NCBI RefSeq assembly: GCF_964204645.1
Contig: NC_134029.1
Span: forward strand, 3,472,001-3,536,000
Direction: 5' to 3'
Length of the DNA stretch: 64,000 bases
Origin: Tubulanus polymorphus
Lineage: Eukaryota; Animalia; Nemertea
Shown: in pieces, positions 26,303 through 40,200 of the stretch
Layout of the letters: every line of letters begins with the position of its first letter
Position numbering within the stretch: position 1 is the stretch's first letter
The notes under the pieces: generated by a model
Databases searched by the model: none
What the model saw: only the letters and a program-made list of their open reading frames with translations
What the model was told of the DNA's origin: nothing
Position numbers and translations under genes: made by a program

Positions 26303-29300
26303 TTAAGGTTGGATAATTTGAGGTTTGAAGTATAATTTGCGAGCGCTTCTTCGGTTAAACTTGACGAAGCAAACTCCAGACGGATTGACGTCGCACATGA
26401 ACGTATCGCTCGGTTTCAAAGTGCCGCGAGACCGGTTCTCGAAAACGTCGACAATTGAATAGGTGCCGCTAGTAGTCTTAGTGATGCTGCTCACTCGCAA
26501 AGACACTCGTTGAGGTGTTCCACCAGTTCCCGTGTTCATTATAGCCACGGCAAAGCTACCTTTCGGCAGTATGGGTCTAGTCCAAACTTCAATGTTACCA
26601 TTCTGAAAGTGGAGGAAAAACAACATGAAACTCATCTTTGAAATAGACTTGATTTTGGCTGTATCCTGGCTTTCTGAGGCCAGTGTTATTTTTTTTATGT
26701 ACAAATTGAAATGAAACTATCCTGACAGGATCCAAAAATTTCTGATTTCCGTCATTAGAGGATGTTTAATTAAATCTTTTGCTGTGTTTTCTTGATTACA
26801 AACTTAATTCAAAGGCAAAATGGGATAACAAGCTTTGACATGAGATACTGACAATGGAGGATCCAGTATCCCTTGACAATTCTCTCTGGAAATGTATGTA
26901 ATAGATAACAATTTTTCATCTTCACGACAGGACAATTTTGGTAATGCCTGCACACTATAAGCAGAGCTCTTCTATTGAGCAGTAAGTTCATTACAAATGC
27001 TCAAACATTTCATGACAGTAGTTGTGTCAACGAACCTTCTGAATTCGGTTGCCTTGAATTCCCAGTGCATCCTGATTGATAGCGATTGCATGTTCATTCA
27101 ACAGTAAATCCTTCGACGAGTCGCGTATTGTTCGTAGATCAGTCGACATTATCAACGGCGATGCCATCACCGCCCACAGCGCCATCTGCACTCGCTCTTG
27201 ATCATTACTCAGTCCGAAATTACCGATAATCAACTGAAAATGGACAAAACTCGTTATAATTTTTCTTTTCTTGATTGCGATATGAAATTTTATATTGATG
27301 TAACTCACCTCATCCGGATCATTCCAAGATCCTGGTTTCGCAAATGAGCTGAAATTGTATTTATTTTGGCCGTAGAATTCGATAATGCTCGAGACACTCG
27401 CCCATGAATCCTGAATATCATTATAATTCCGCCACAGATTACAGTGTTTACTGATTGAGGCGTAATCCGGCTGAAACGTTAAAAATATTTTAGATTTTGC
27501 CATTATCAGACTGTAACATGTTTTGATGTTTCATGCTTTGAAAACGATTGTTAAGAAGTTAAAGTTTAGCAGATTATGATGAAGATGATGATGGTTTTAG
27601 TAAAGAAATTCCTGGTTTTGCATGCAGAGGAATGAATGATGGGACAAACCTGCATTTTTCCTTCATACGCTGGCCAGCTACATGAATACACTATAGGTCG
27701 ACCAGTTCTATTGAGAAATTTTCCTAATATCGGATATCCTAACATGATAAAAATCACACAGAAATTTAGATTAAATTAATCAATCAAATGTTGGGAGTGC
27801 AGCGTGCATAGAGTAGAGCTAGAAAGAAATCAGCTCAATCGAACCCTAAAAATTTTGAAAACTATATCAAAAATTTTAGGACTTGTGTCTTTTCTCTCTA
27901 TTTTCTGGTATTGGAGTCATTAAAACAAACAACAGAATCATGAAATCAGAGCAAGCTGTTGCAAATTTCATATAAATTTTTGCCAGTTAGGATGCACAGC
28001 TCATCATCATCATCATCATCATCATAATCATTCTCTCGAAATAATCCAGTTACCTTATCACGATTATAAACTGGATTTTCACAAGAGAATAGAATAGGAC
28101 GACCGGTCTTATTCAGAAAAAACTGCATTACAGCAACACCTAGATTTAAAGAAGTTATTGTTGTTAAAGGTTGTGATAACGACACGACTTAGTAGACTCC
28201 ACCATACTTTTCATTTTAGTTTATTTTCTTTTTCACTTTAGTAGACTCCACCGTACATCCAGTCCATCCAAAATGAATTCGAACATTAATAGTAGGAAGG
28301 TATCTACCATAGTGTTATTAGCATTTTTACTTCGAACAAATCCCTTCAACCACAGAGTTTTGAGCGTATGCAAGTTGTCAATTTCATTTAAAGTACAGAT
28401 TGGTGGAAATCATTATAACTTGTCAAATGATGTGGAAATTCGCAATACAACGTGAATATTGACACTAGTGTTTTAAAAAATTTTGGATTTTCATTGTGGT
28501 TTTGATACTGTCTGTAGCCGAATGGGGTCTGATTATGTTGAGAGTCAAACTATATTTTTTCTATAGTACCTTGATCCATCTGAGAAACGTCTGAATTGCA
28601 ACCATCAAATTTCACATAATCTACGCCCCATTTAGCGAATGTGTCTGCGTCTAGTTCCATATAGAACTCACTACCGGGATAACCAGCGCACGTCTTAGTA
28701 CCAAAATCTTCGTAGATTCCAAATTTCAATCCAAGCGAATGGACCTACATTAAAATAATGAAAAATTGTAAATAAGTTTGTTATATTAAATCTTATAAGA
28801 GTCTGTCCCAGTTCCTCAGTTGCGAGTTAGACTAAATTGTGGATACAAATTTGGGTTGAAAGTTCTCTAAATCATTTACCAAAAATCCCCAGCAACACAG
28901 AAATGTAGTATAACTTACATAATCAGCAAGGTGTTTAATGCCATTCGGGAATCGAACTGGATCTGGTCTGAGGCTCCCGTCTGGTGCACGGGTATGATCT
29001 AACCAACAATCATCAATTATGATATACTGATAACCCGCTGCTAGGTAACCATCAGATTTCATCTTCTGCGCTTGTTCTTTGATCAATTTCTCTCTGCAAG
29101 AAAATTAAAAAATAGAAAATGATGATAGCGAATAACACTGTTTGCATCAACGGTGAATCTAAGCTAAAATAGCCATAAAATTCTATTTAAGTTGACTTTT
29201 AGGTTAATTTGTTACATTTAGTAAGCTTATATAGGCCTACAGGCAAACTAATTTTTTTGCTGCAGCAGTATCAAGTAGCTGAAGTTACATTTAGTAAGCT

Positions 29301-29656
29301 TATATACAGGTAGTTAGTTAGCTAATAGTTGGTGGTAGGCTTTTTTTAATCGGATGAGCTTGTGAAAATATCCGATTGTGTAACTAAACCACATACACGT
29401 TACTGACTAATATACAGGCAAACTAATTTTTTTGCTGCAGCAGCATCAAACATGACAGGCCCGAGTAGCTGAAGAGGGTTGCAGGGACGGAGACTTACGA
29501 AATGCAAGTGTCAGGGAATGACTTGCAGTCTGTGACACATCTAAAGCGTTGCCACGTTAACCAACCCATTGGTGGGGTCCGTGCAAGTCCATTATCCAGT
29601 CCATCGATTACGGACACTGCACTAGCGACTACGAGCAACAGCACAAATATCTTCAT
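26303..29656 (-). CDS. NAGA: Lysosomal GH27 alpha-N-acetylgalactosaminidase / alpha-galactosidase. Exons 29656-29499, 29093-28919, 28744-28570, [28139-28054 OR 27738-27650], 27470-27309, 27233-27036, 26602-26303
   Basis: Signal peptide, then '[21 protein letters not shown]', 'IIIDDCW', nucleophile motif 'VDYVKFDGC', acid/base region '[14 protein letters not shown]', 'WNDPD' and 'PLIMSTDLR'. Confidence 0.95.
27650..27738 (-). CDS. Alternative exon 4b (NAGA-type loop): [30 protein letters not shown]
   Basis: gttag|GA...CAG|gtttgt; 89 nt, phase 1 to 0. Confidence 0.9.
28054..28139 (-). CDS. Alternative exon 4a (alpha-galactosidase-type loop): [29 protein letters not shown]
   Basis: tctag|GT...AAG|gtaact; 86 nt, phase 1 to 0; paralogous to exon 4b. 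Confidence 0.85.
29209..29475. repeat. Local segmental duplications in NAGA intron 1
   Basis: 'gttacatttagtaagcttatata', 'acaggcaaactaatttttttgctgcagcag' and 'gtagctgaag' each occur twice. Confidence 0.75.
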
Positions 29657-30459
29657 TTTCCCTCTTCTACAGCGCTTGCTTTCAGGTAATCTAGAATTAA
29701 AAACACGGTATAGAATCAGAGGCCTACCCACTTGCCCTTAAAGCTTATGATCATAATTTACAATTTCCCAAATTCTAATTCTAAATGCACCGCCAGTTGT
29801 ACACTACAAAAATACTACACTAATAACTTTTAGGCACACTGTCAAAACTTCTACTTGAACATGTTGAAGATGCAATTTGAAACTTTTAGCCTGATGGCTG
29901 ATTTCTTACCACACAGGAGAGTTCAGCATGAATTTGAAATACGGTTGATTGATACAGAATCTACAACAATAGTAGGAGACCTAGCAGTCTTGAGAAGCTT
30001 GTTGTGGGCTCTTCAGTCCCTGTGACAGGCACATGACTGTCATGTGACAGGGTCGATTCTCGGCGTGATCGGTGTGTGACGGACTTAAACTTTTGACTGT
30101 GGTTCATAATTGAACTGAGGTAAGAGATCGTTCAGATCCGGCACAGATCGATATGATTCAAAAGGGAGCCGTCGCCGATTCTTGGTTGTCCCCGAATAAA
30201 AACGGGAAAGGGCTAAACGAAAAGACAAATCCATTACTGCACCAAAAATCAGGTAATCATTCCTGAGTACTTTCTTTTGAAGGTGTACAAAGGTATTGTG
30301 AGTTAAGCAAGTTAAGGCTAGCCAGGTCGTCTTCATTGTTGGAGTAGTTTGTTTTGGTTGTTTTTTTTACTGTCACTGTACTGACACTGACTCATTGACG
30401 ACACTAGTCAGTTGAATATCATCAGATCATTATCCTCTTTAGGCAACTGTTAATAAGAA

Positions 30460-32189
30460 ATGGCAGATGAAAGAACGCTACAAGGGGTCGAATCATCTGC
30501 TATTGGACTTCTCCATAGAGCTGTTGAAATGGACCAGAAAGAACGTTTTACAGAAGCTGTGTTCTGTTACAGCGAGGGTATTAAACTTCTCCTTGATGTC
30601 GTAAAAGGTACATTCACACTTCATAATCAATTTTGGGCTATTCAAAATGTTTCAACCCCCTTGCCGCATACTCAATTTTAAGCATTACGCGATGAAGGGG
30701 AAATGGCTGATATTTGTAATGAGCAATTTTGATTCTGATTTCTTTAAGCTACAACTGATGAAAAGAAAAAGCAACATTTGAGAAAAAATATAGCCAGCTA
30801 CATGGACAGGGCTGAGACGATAAAGAAATCTGTTGAAAAATTGAAGGAGTGTAAGACTGATTACATTCCGCTTACATCTGTAGGTCGAAACGATTAAGAC
30901 TGATATTCATTGATTGAATTAATTTTAGCTGGAAAATACCACGAACAGATCAAAATAGAATCCAATTCTGTTGGTCATTCTTACGAGAAAATATTTGGGA
31001 GTTACATGGATGAGGCATTGACTACTGTTGAAATAGAAGATCCATATATTAGAAATGTGCATCAGGTTTGTTAAATGTTTGTGGTGCTGTCGGTGAGAGA
31101 TTAATCCATTTTTTTCAGCCTATGAGAAAATTTCCTTATTCTGATACGTCAATTTTCAGATTTACAATTTGCTACGCTTTTGTGAACTTTTAGTGAAGCA
31201 CAATCAAGATAAAAGGTAAGTTAGTACCGGTAGTACAGTCTAAGTCTCACCGTGTAAGTTGTCAGATTCCTAAAGTAATCCGTTTTTGGAGTGCATTTCT
31301 AAAAAAATCTTCTAAGTGTAACAGTGTTGTCATCTCCATATGCTGGATTTTTTACGGGGCTGCATTCATCGATGGCCACCTTTTGCCTCGATCTTTGTGG
31401 CATTCTCTGTGGTCTGTATTAATCTTGAAATTTGCCCTAAAACTGATGGATTAAAATACCGGTATGTCTGATTCCCAACTCTCATTTCAGAGGTAATGTC
31501 AAAATGATCAGACTTCTTACGGGCTTAGAATCTGATACAGTAAGTTTGTCACAGTGAACTAACAGTAGTTGGTCACTCTAGCGCAGCAAGTGTGTAAATG
31601 TGTGTTGTTGATCATTCCAGGGACAGGTAGATTCACAGAAAAATAAATTGTTTCAAATCAAATCCAGTCTTCAAAAATTCAACATCAATTTGACGATAGA
31701 ATTTTCTCCTACTTTACACGACCGTGAAATAAGGTACGCGCAGCGAATTTTGATTGGAGTACCACGAGGTGAATCTGATCGGTTTTGAAACTGACACCGT
31801 CAATTTTGGCAATCAGAAGTCGTCATCAACCTGTGATGAAACAAAGTGGAAACTAATTCACTGTCCTGGCTAGATGGATCCTACTTTGCCACAAGCAGAA
31901 TCTTCAATTGCTATAGTTCCCTCAATAAAACTGCTTATGGGAATAGCCATGTTAATTTTGGGACTGAATAGAAATGTCAGTTGACTCAAAAAATGATGAT
32001 CCCTATTATATCTTTCCGTATTTCAGATTCAATAATGGTTGGATTATCAAAATAGGACGAGGATTAGACATCTATAAACCAACCGAGACAAAATTTTCCA
32101 TCGGAAGCTGTGATTTCTCTTTGAGACATTGTCATGAAACGACAATTGATATATTTCACAGAAAACACACGAAAACTGATACCGGATGA
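30460..32189 (+). CDS. MITD1: MIT domain-containing protein 1. Exons 30460-30607, 30749-30850, 30929-31065, 31160-31215, 31491-31539, 31621-31733, 32027-32189
   Basis: MIT domain '[12 protein letters not shown]...[13 protein letters not shown]' and PLD-like C-terminal domain '[10 protein letters not shown]|IYNLLRFCE...LHDREIR|[14 protein letters not shown]'. Confidence 0.95.
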
Positions 32190-32741
32190 TGACCTTTACA
32201 CGAAGCCCGATGATATTAGAATGACTGTGATTCATGGCACAACAGCGGCCATGTTAAAATAATAGCCGTTCGATCAATATCTGTAAACTTCAACTTGATT
32301 AATGGGGCCCATTTCATAGCCTTAGGCAAAATTTCAGCTTTTCGTGGTTTCTCATTATTTTCATGTGGTTTATGCAGTAAACTCCACTCAAGTTGGAGTC
32401 GAATGAATCAGAGATCACTGTTTATACCTTAAATATGTAACTCGAATATACTCGCGAGTTTGTTCAAAAAGTTTGAAACAATTTTCACACTGCCTAAAAG
32501 TCGTACTTAAGTAGAGTCTACAATACATCCAATGTTAATCGTTTATTCCAAGTGATCTAACTTAAACGCTCAATCTCTGTCTCCATGAAACAAACCTTTT
32601 CGAGTTTAATTGTTGTACATACCATTGATTCAAAAATTATTTTTACGAAATAAATCCTTTTAATGAAAGATACAATTTTATCGGTACTTTATTTAAAAAT
32701 ATTGGTTTAAAATTCACATGAGTTCGTGAAAGCGACATATT

Positions 32742-34000
32742 TCAATCGAATTTTATATGTAAAGGCATGTGTGGCCACATTTTCGGTTGTCGAATGTCGC
32801 AGTTGCGATCGAAAGTCAGTTGCATAGCGGTTTCCATGCCGTGAATCATAGCCGCTCCTCGACCATAAAGAATCTTCATTTCATTGGTTCTCCTGGCACC
32901 GGGACGTTCTCTTGGAGCTTTAGACGAGATGTTCGCTTGTCCTTTTTGAGTGTTAACTAAGAAAAGGAAGAATATCGTACAATAGAAGAGTAAACTGACT
33001 CGTCGTGCAGATCATTGAGGAACCACAACACCAGCTATCTCGCCAGCAAGCGTGACGAACACTCGCGTCTAATTTATGTCAAATTAGTTCATTTTCAATC
33101 AACTAAATTTCCATACATCATCACAAAACTTGCCAAATATACATTAAATTCAGTAAACTCTACTCGGCGATTGGAACAGCAAGAAGCTTTCTTTGTTAAT
33201 TGATTTGGTATTAAAGAGAAAGGTTCATTCGATTTTAACTGAACTGAGGAAAGGATCGAACATAAAAGATTGACTAGCAGCTAGCGACATCTAATGGAGC
33301 CTTGCTTGCCATTAGCGCAATCCTGAATGGTCACAGTATGTTGGAAGCTCCCCATAAATGATTAAACACCTTGTCAACAAGTTGCATGTATTCAGGACTA
33401 TTATTCTCACCTGCTTCAATATTGATGTATTTATCGTCCTCTGTTTCTGTGTCATCCGTGTTTTGTGCCTTCTCTTTTTTCCCTATAAATGAAAGTCACA
33501 CTGTTATACATCAACAATGCGAACGAATAAAACATTACCGGTACCTTTAAATATATCATTACGGTGAAAACTTTACTTTTTTCTTCTTTGTGTTTTTTCG
33601 ATATCGAAAAGAAATTCATCATTTCTTCAGTGATTTCCATTTCATACGAATCCTCGTCACTTTCATCTTTCGGTATCTCCTCTACTGCAGTCTGGTTCCG
33701 CCTGCTCTTCCTGGCGGAACCCTTCTTGCGTTTTTTCCGCCCGGTGCGTTGACTATATTGCTGGAATGATTTAGAAGTTGTTTCTCTAAGTGCAGCATCA
33801 TTCCTAGGCCATATTTGTTGATGTTGTAAAGTTCGTAAAGTTTCACGCTGCTGATGACACCACGACATCACGTAGTTATAATGCGCCCAGTACCGACTGA
33901 AATTTGGGTTTTCGTACCAGTGGCCAGAAAACGAAGAAAACAAATTCAATCCAGCAGTTCTGTTGCCTTTGGCATCTTCCTCTTTTTGATGCGCAACCAT
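32742..34000 (-). CDS. GEMIN8: Gem-associated protein 8 (SMN complex). Exons 34000-33577, 33482-33411, 32956-32742
   Basis: 'FSRYWAHY', '[11 protein letters not shown]...HKEE' and the C-terminal '[50 protein letters not shown]'. Confidence 0.9.
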
Positions 34001-37000
34001 GACTGCAAATACAAAAAGACATGATTAGTAGGCAACTAACTAAATAGAGGCTAAACTATTACTATCTCAGTCTCAGGACTTAATTTTTTTGTCAGGAGAG
34101 TTATTTGAATTTCAGGGAAATTATCGATGGATGTGGTCTAAGAAAGTTTTTGAAGTAAATATTTTCTCACCTAACAGAGACTTCAAATGATGCTGGAAAT
34201 ACTACTCAAAACAAAATCAGTTTTGAAGAATGGATCAGATAGCCTTTTGAAATATAATCAAATTGAATTGATAAATTCTGTGGAGTCATCCGGCGATATG
34301 TCAAAAATGTCAGGAAATATCACTTTAAATCACGTTTAATGATCTAGAGAACGGAGCAGTGTTTGGAGAATCAAGGTAAATGATAACTCAGTTTATATAT
34401 TGTTCTTTCTGTCTCAGACATTTATCGAATTCATCTATTTTAAACTCGGGAAGACGCGCTGTTACCCTGATAGTCGCACTATTTACCGACCTTAACCCGA
34501 CAATCGTCACAGTTGACTGCTTACACAAAATTGAGTTAGGTTTCACGAAGTCACTAACCTGACTGTGGTTTAGTTTCACGATTATATATTTTCACAAACC
34601 ACATATACATTGGTATAAGCCCATGTGCTTATAAAAAAGCTTACAACCAACGCAACGATTAGGTATAATCACGAGGACCAGATGATAATTAGGTTCAAGT
34701 GGAATCATAACTGGTAATTAGTATTTTTGGTTTACCCCAGGACCTGGTTGATCGACGTGCTAAGTTACCAATACTGCCAAAAATTGTTTGGCCTATATTC
34801 TGTCTGTTCTTTGAGCATCTCTAAATTTCAATAGTTACTGGCTTCAATTAGAGTAACCCGTGGAAGGGGGTTGGCTAGGGGGGTGGAGGCCTCCTGCTGA
34901 TTCATCACGACTGCCGAACTATTGATATATTGTGGTGCAATAAAGATAACATTGAATTGAATTGCAGTTTCAAATAATAAAGGTTAATAGGTTTTTCACT
35001 TGTACTTTTGCTATTTTATTTTTCGATTAAAAGTTGTGATCGAAAACACTCGTGAGAATGTCTTATTTTGTCTGTGGTCTCTCATTAGAAAATCAATAGT
35101 TCCAACTTTGGCATGTGTCTAATCAAAGGGGGTGGAGGGGGTTAAACGAATTAGACAATTATTTTAATTGACAATATTGAAATTTTGAGATGCTCCCTCA
35201 AGTTTCAGCTTGAGGCTAGCAGGAATTCTGTTGGCGATAATCTGCCAGGATCGCTAGTGGCACTGGGTTACCACGCTTCAATTACCTTCTAAATTTCAAT
35301 TAGATTCGAATCAACTTTTCTCATTAGTAAATCAATTCTCAGTGAAATCAATACCATATAAACTGAGTGAAAAAGGGAATTTTATCGAGTTAAAAAATTA
35401 ACTGATTTTCACTATGAATAACCCAGTGTTTTGTTGTGCCATCTGGTGCGTGCCGGTATCCCGTAACCAGGGTATAATATGTCTGAATAAGGCCATAGCT
35501 TGATTCATGCTTCATACCGATATCATCAGAGTGAAATCTTTAAAACTTTTTTCCATTTTATTGGTTATTGTTATCACCATAGAGACTAGTGCGTGTATTA
35601 TAGCATAGGCCTATAGACAATTGAGGTACGGTTATGACTGATGACAGATTAAGCAATGAAAACATGTTCCAGTTAAATAATTATCTAATGATGATGGGAA
35701 TATTTTCACTACTGAGTTGATATCAAAGCTATTAGAGATGATCATTGTACATGTCTGTGTGAATACATGCTGAGTTCTAAAATCGATATAGCGACTCTTG
35801 TTATAGGCCTACATTGCTGGGTATATCATAATTCTACATTCTGTTAAATGCAATCTTATCAGATTCAATCAGTACATTTTATCCTGCTGGTCTGATCCCA
35901 GCCTGTTAGATGCCTTTACTCGGTGGATACTGCTACTACTGGTTATTACGCACATGCTGAAAATGGTTTGTGTAGTTTTTTCTTTTAATTTTCATTGTTT
36001 CAAACGGTATAATTTTCATTAACAATCGCTAACAATTTTTGTTGTGGTTTTTGTTGATAATTTTGTTAATTTGGTGCTTTTAAGATTCATTGAATATGCT
36101 CAAGTTAATCCTTATGTATTGCAATTAATATATATGTAACTCTATATATGTAACTCAAGTTACACTTTTTATGTCCCTGTGGCTCAACTTGTAAATCTCA
36201 TGTTTATGAAATTTATTTACAGCAGGGGAGGTTTAGTATAGTGACCTAATTGTTATATAACTCAATTCAATAATAAATCCCAGCAACTCCATAAAGAACG
36301 TAAACTTTCTAGGGTTAGATATGTTGTTAAAGAGACTGTATCAGACAGGCATAGAAAACTCAACAAAGATAGTTTCCTGACTCCTGGCTTGTGAAATGAG
36401 CATAAAACTAAACCACAGTTTCGTCGTGTCAAGATTGTAAAACCTAGGCTTACAGTATGTAAAAAGATTTCGAACTAACAGAAATTAATTTCCATCATAA
36501 TAAATCGATAAGTCTTCGATACAGTTCAATCATACGCAAGTTTAGTTTCAAGTGTCAACAGGTGGTTTACAACATATTTATTTCGCTTCATCGAAGCAAT
36601 GTGGATGGCAGGCATGGAATATTATGTCCAGGTATAAGATTGAATAGTGAAGTGAATGGACTCTTGAGTTCGAAACTAACATAGGGACTCGTTAATCTCC
36701 ACTTGGGCTTAATCTTTCAAATCTCAGTTTATCAGTGATTATTCAAAGATATTGGTGATAAGTGAGTTAAAACCCATTTGTGCTTTCATCGCAGTTTTCA
36801 ATTTGGCTAAGTTCTACAATTTATGAATTTAGTTATTATTGTAATGAATTTTTCATTCATATCGGGAATAGTCGTCGGATGGATTATCCGATGTTAATAC
36901 CGTGTATTACAGGAAAATCTCACCTTTACCCAAAACAAACGAGTGTCGCGTTTATTTCGGAGGGGAAAACACCGTCTTCAAATAGAATGAGATAGTTTAA

Positions 37001-37261
37001 CAATTGAAACGAAATTCAAATAGCTCTAGGTCTTGAATGAAAATCGCAATCCTTTCAAAAGAGATTGTTTGTTCACTCAAAACCTCTGGCATTTTTGTAT
37101 ATGCCAGGGGCCTGTGGTTTTAGAATATTTTATTTATAACCCATGAGTTAAATTGAAAGTGTGACGATATACTATTTTTACATCTATATATATATATGTA
37201 CATTATCTATACGTATCTACGGTTTGTATTTCAGATTCATCAAAGGAACGATCCATTTATC

Positions 37262-40200
37262 ATGCCTATCAAACGTATATGTTGTATGGGCGCTGGGTAC
37301 GTGGGCGGCCCGACTTGTAGCGTGATCGCCCAACAGTGCCCGGAAATTATCGTCACCGTCGTGGATCTCAGTATAACGAGAATCGCTCAGTGGAATTCAA
37401 ACAATCTTCCAATATTCGAGGTACATAAAACCATATCATTTTATATATATATAGTATAGTAATAGAGTATAGTCGATACTCTATTATTCATTATATCATA
37501 TACAATTAAAGAGGTTTGATTATAATATTGTATTGATATATTGTTAATGTATCGGATTATTAATCATAATTACCTTGATATTATATTATCTTCGTCTTTC
37601 TCATTTGCTTATTGTTAATATCAGATTGTTAGATCACGCATAAAATCAAACAGTTTCTATCTATGTCTTACCTGTGACCAATCATCTCAACTTAAGATGA
37701 TTGCTCGTTGGTCTTACGTATTTGACTGCGTTAAAAGACCACTGGCCACTGCGTCAAAATGGCCACCCTGTTAAAAATAGTGTAATCATTAAAAAAATGT
37801 ATAAATGTTTGTCGTTTAAAAAGGAGATAAATCTATATATATTATTCACATTGTTATTCATGGTTAAAACTATTGATGGAAAAAGAAATTTTAGCATAAT
37901 TTGTTCGTATCATATTGATGAGGATGATTGGTATGTTTCTTCAGCCCGGTTTAGATGAGGTCGTGTCTGAATGTCGCGGTCGAAATTTATTCTTCTCAAA
38001 CGATATCGATAAAGCTGTTACGGAAGCAGATCTGATTTTTATCTCAGTCAATACTCCTACAAAAACATTCGGCTTAGGCAAGGTAAGCTTACCTATTGAA
38101 TTGTTGGGCCTTTTATTTCATTATTTAGAGTAGTGATTTTTTAATGAAAGTGGGAGGGCGAAGGGAAAGAGCTAAAAAATATAAAAAATAATTTTCCATT
38201 ACAGATGTTTAAAAGGGGAAGGGAAGAAATTTTTTGCTAACACTGATACCTCCTTATTAGGAATACATTTTGTTTTCAGGGAAGAGCTCCTGATCTGAAA
38301 TATATCGAGGCAGCCGCCCGCAGAATCGCGACCGTTTCACAGAGTTCGAAAATAGTTGTCGAGAAAAGCACAGTACCGGTGCGTGCTGCGGAAAGTATAA
38401 CGAACATTCTACGAGCAAATCTCAAACCAGGAATCAAATTCACAGTAAGTTTCGCAATGATCTACCATTCTTATATCAGAGTTCATCTCAAGCTGATAAG
38501 GGCTTATTTTTAAGCTGGGGTCAGATTGCTATGAAAAATGTGAATAATTGTGAAAAATTTGAGAAAATCATGAAAATGTATGAAAAATTTAAAAAGTCTC
38601 TGTAATGATATTTTGATCCCTATTTAAGCAACATACTGTGGAAAAATTTTTTAGTCTTGTTCACCTGGCCATCCCTGATTAATGTATGACAAATTACAAT
38701 TTTTTTAACCCTCTGATTACACTCGTTGTAGGTTTTGTCAAATCCTGAATTTTTGGCTGAGGGTACGGCGATTAGAGATCTGTTAAACCCTGATCGAGTG
38801 TTAATCGGTGGTGAAAAAACAGAAGAAGGTCAACGAGCGGTGAAATTACTCGGCAGTATTTACGAACATTGGATTCCTCAAGAGAAAATCATCACAATGA
38901 ATACCTGGTCATCTGAATTATCAAAATTAGTTAGTTTTCATCAGTAATTCTCTGTTCTGCACATATTTTATAGTTGAAACAGGATGGCAGGATGGATTTT
39001 GACAAGTTTTGAAAAAAATCTGGAAAACTCAGGGAATTCTGATATTCTATTAACCATATTGACTCTTTTTTTTGTTATCGCATGGGAAAAACTTAGGGAA
39101 TTTGTAATGGATGGAAAGTTACCACACTATAGAATAAATATTATTTTGATAGCCCCTCTAACTGATATTTGGTTGGTTGATAATTATTTCAGGCTGCGAA
39201 TGCATTTTTAGCTCAGCGAATCTCAAGTATAAACGCGATGTCAGCAGTTTGTGAGATTACCGGTGCTGACGTTAGTGAAGTCGCCAACGCAATCGGTACT
39301 GATTCACGAATAGGACCAAAGTTTTTACAAGCTAGTGTCGGTAAGTATGCAATGAATCCAACTGTAAAAACATTTTCTTCTGGTTTTTCAAGATCTGTTT
39401 TACTGAGCACTACATGAAATTATTAAATTTTTTCAAAAATGTTGTGCCTTCAACTGCAAATAGATTGATTAAGTATACCTTCTATATACAGTTTAAATGT
39501 ATATATCAATATGGTTTGTTTCTATTTCTGTAGGATTTGGCGGAAGTTGTTTTCAGAAGGATGTCCTGAACTTGGTGTATTTATGCGAGTGTCTGAATCT
39601 ACCTGAAGTAGCTGAATACTGGCAACAGGTTAGTATTTGAAACTCTCATCAGGCACATTGAAAGCAATTGTTGATTGCCGCGGTTAATTGTCGATCTTTG
39701 ACAGGTTTTGATATTGCTTTCACACTGCAGTCCCTACAGTTTCAACGCATGGTTACTATGGCTGCATCTACAAATGTTTTATGATATTTGTCAATCCTAA
39801 GCAAACACAGTTTTCAAACAACTCAAAGATGAATCTATCATCACACTATCTGGTGTCTCATCAACAAATATTGCGAACATTTTCAATATCATTTCAATGG
39901 TAAAGTAACAGTCTCTCTCAATCACACCTAACTGGTTTGTAGTATATGTAAGCATTTATACATACAGTGTATAGTGTAAATACGTGTATCGCATAAAAGT
40001 TACATTATCGGTGTATCAAATAAAAATATCGTTCATCATTTTGATCGCAGCTGTTTGGTTTATTGAATTATTGATAATTTGTACATCATTAGACACGTGA
40101 GCATTGTTGTCACATCTTCAGTCAACAGCTGAATTTACCACATTATATTTGGATGACAACTTCACACAGCTGGTTATACCACATACATTCATTATTAAAC

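Noticed and set aside
28002-28030. (GAT)n giving poly-Asp in ORF 27946-28185
   Set aside because: Intronic microsatellite downstream of the exon 4a donor; not coding.
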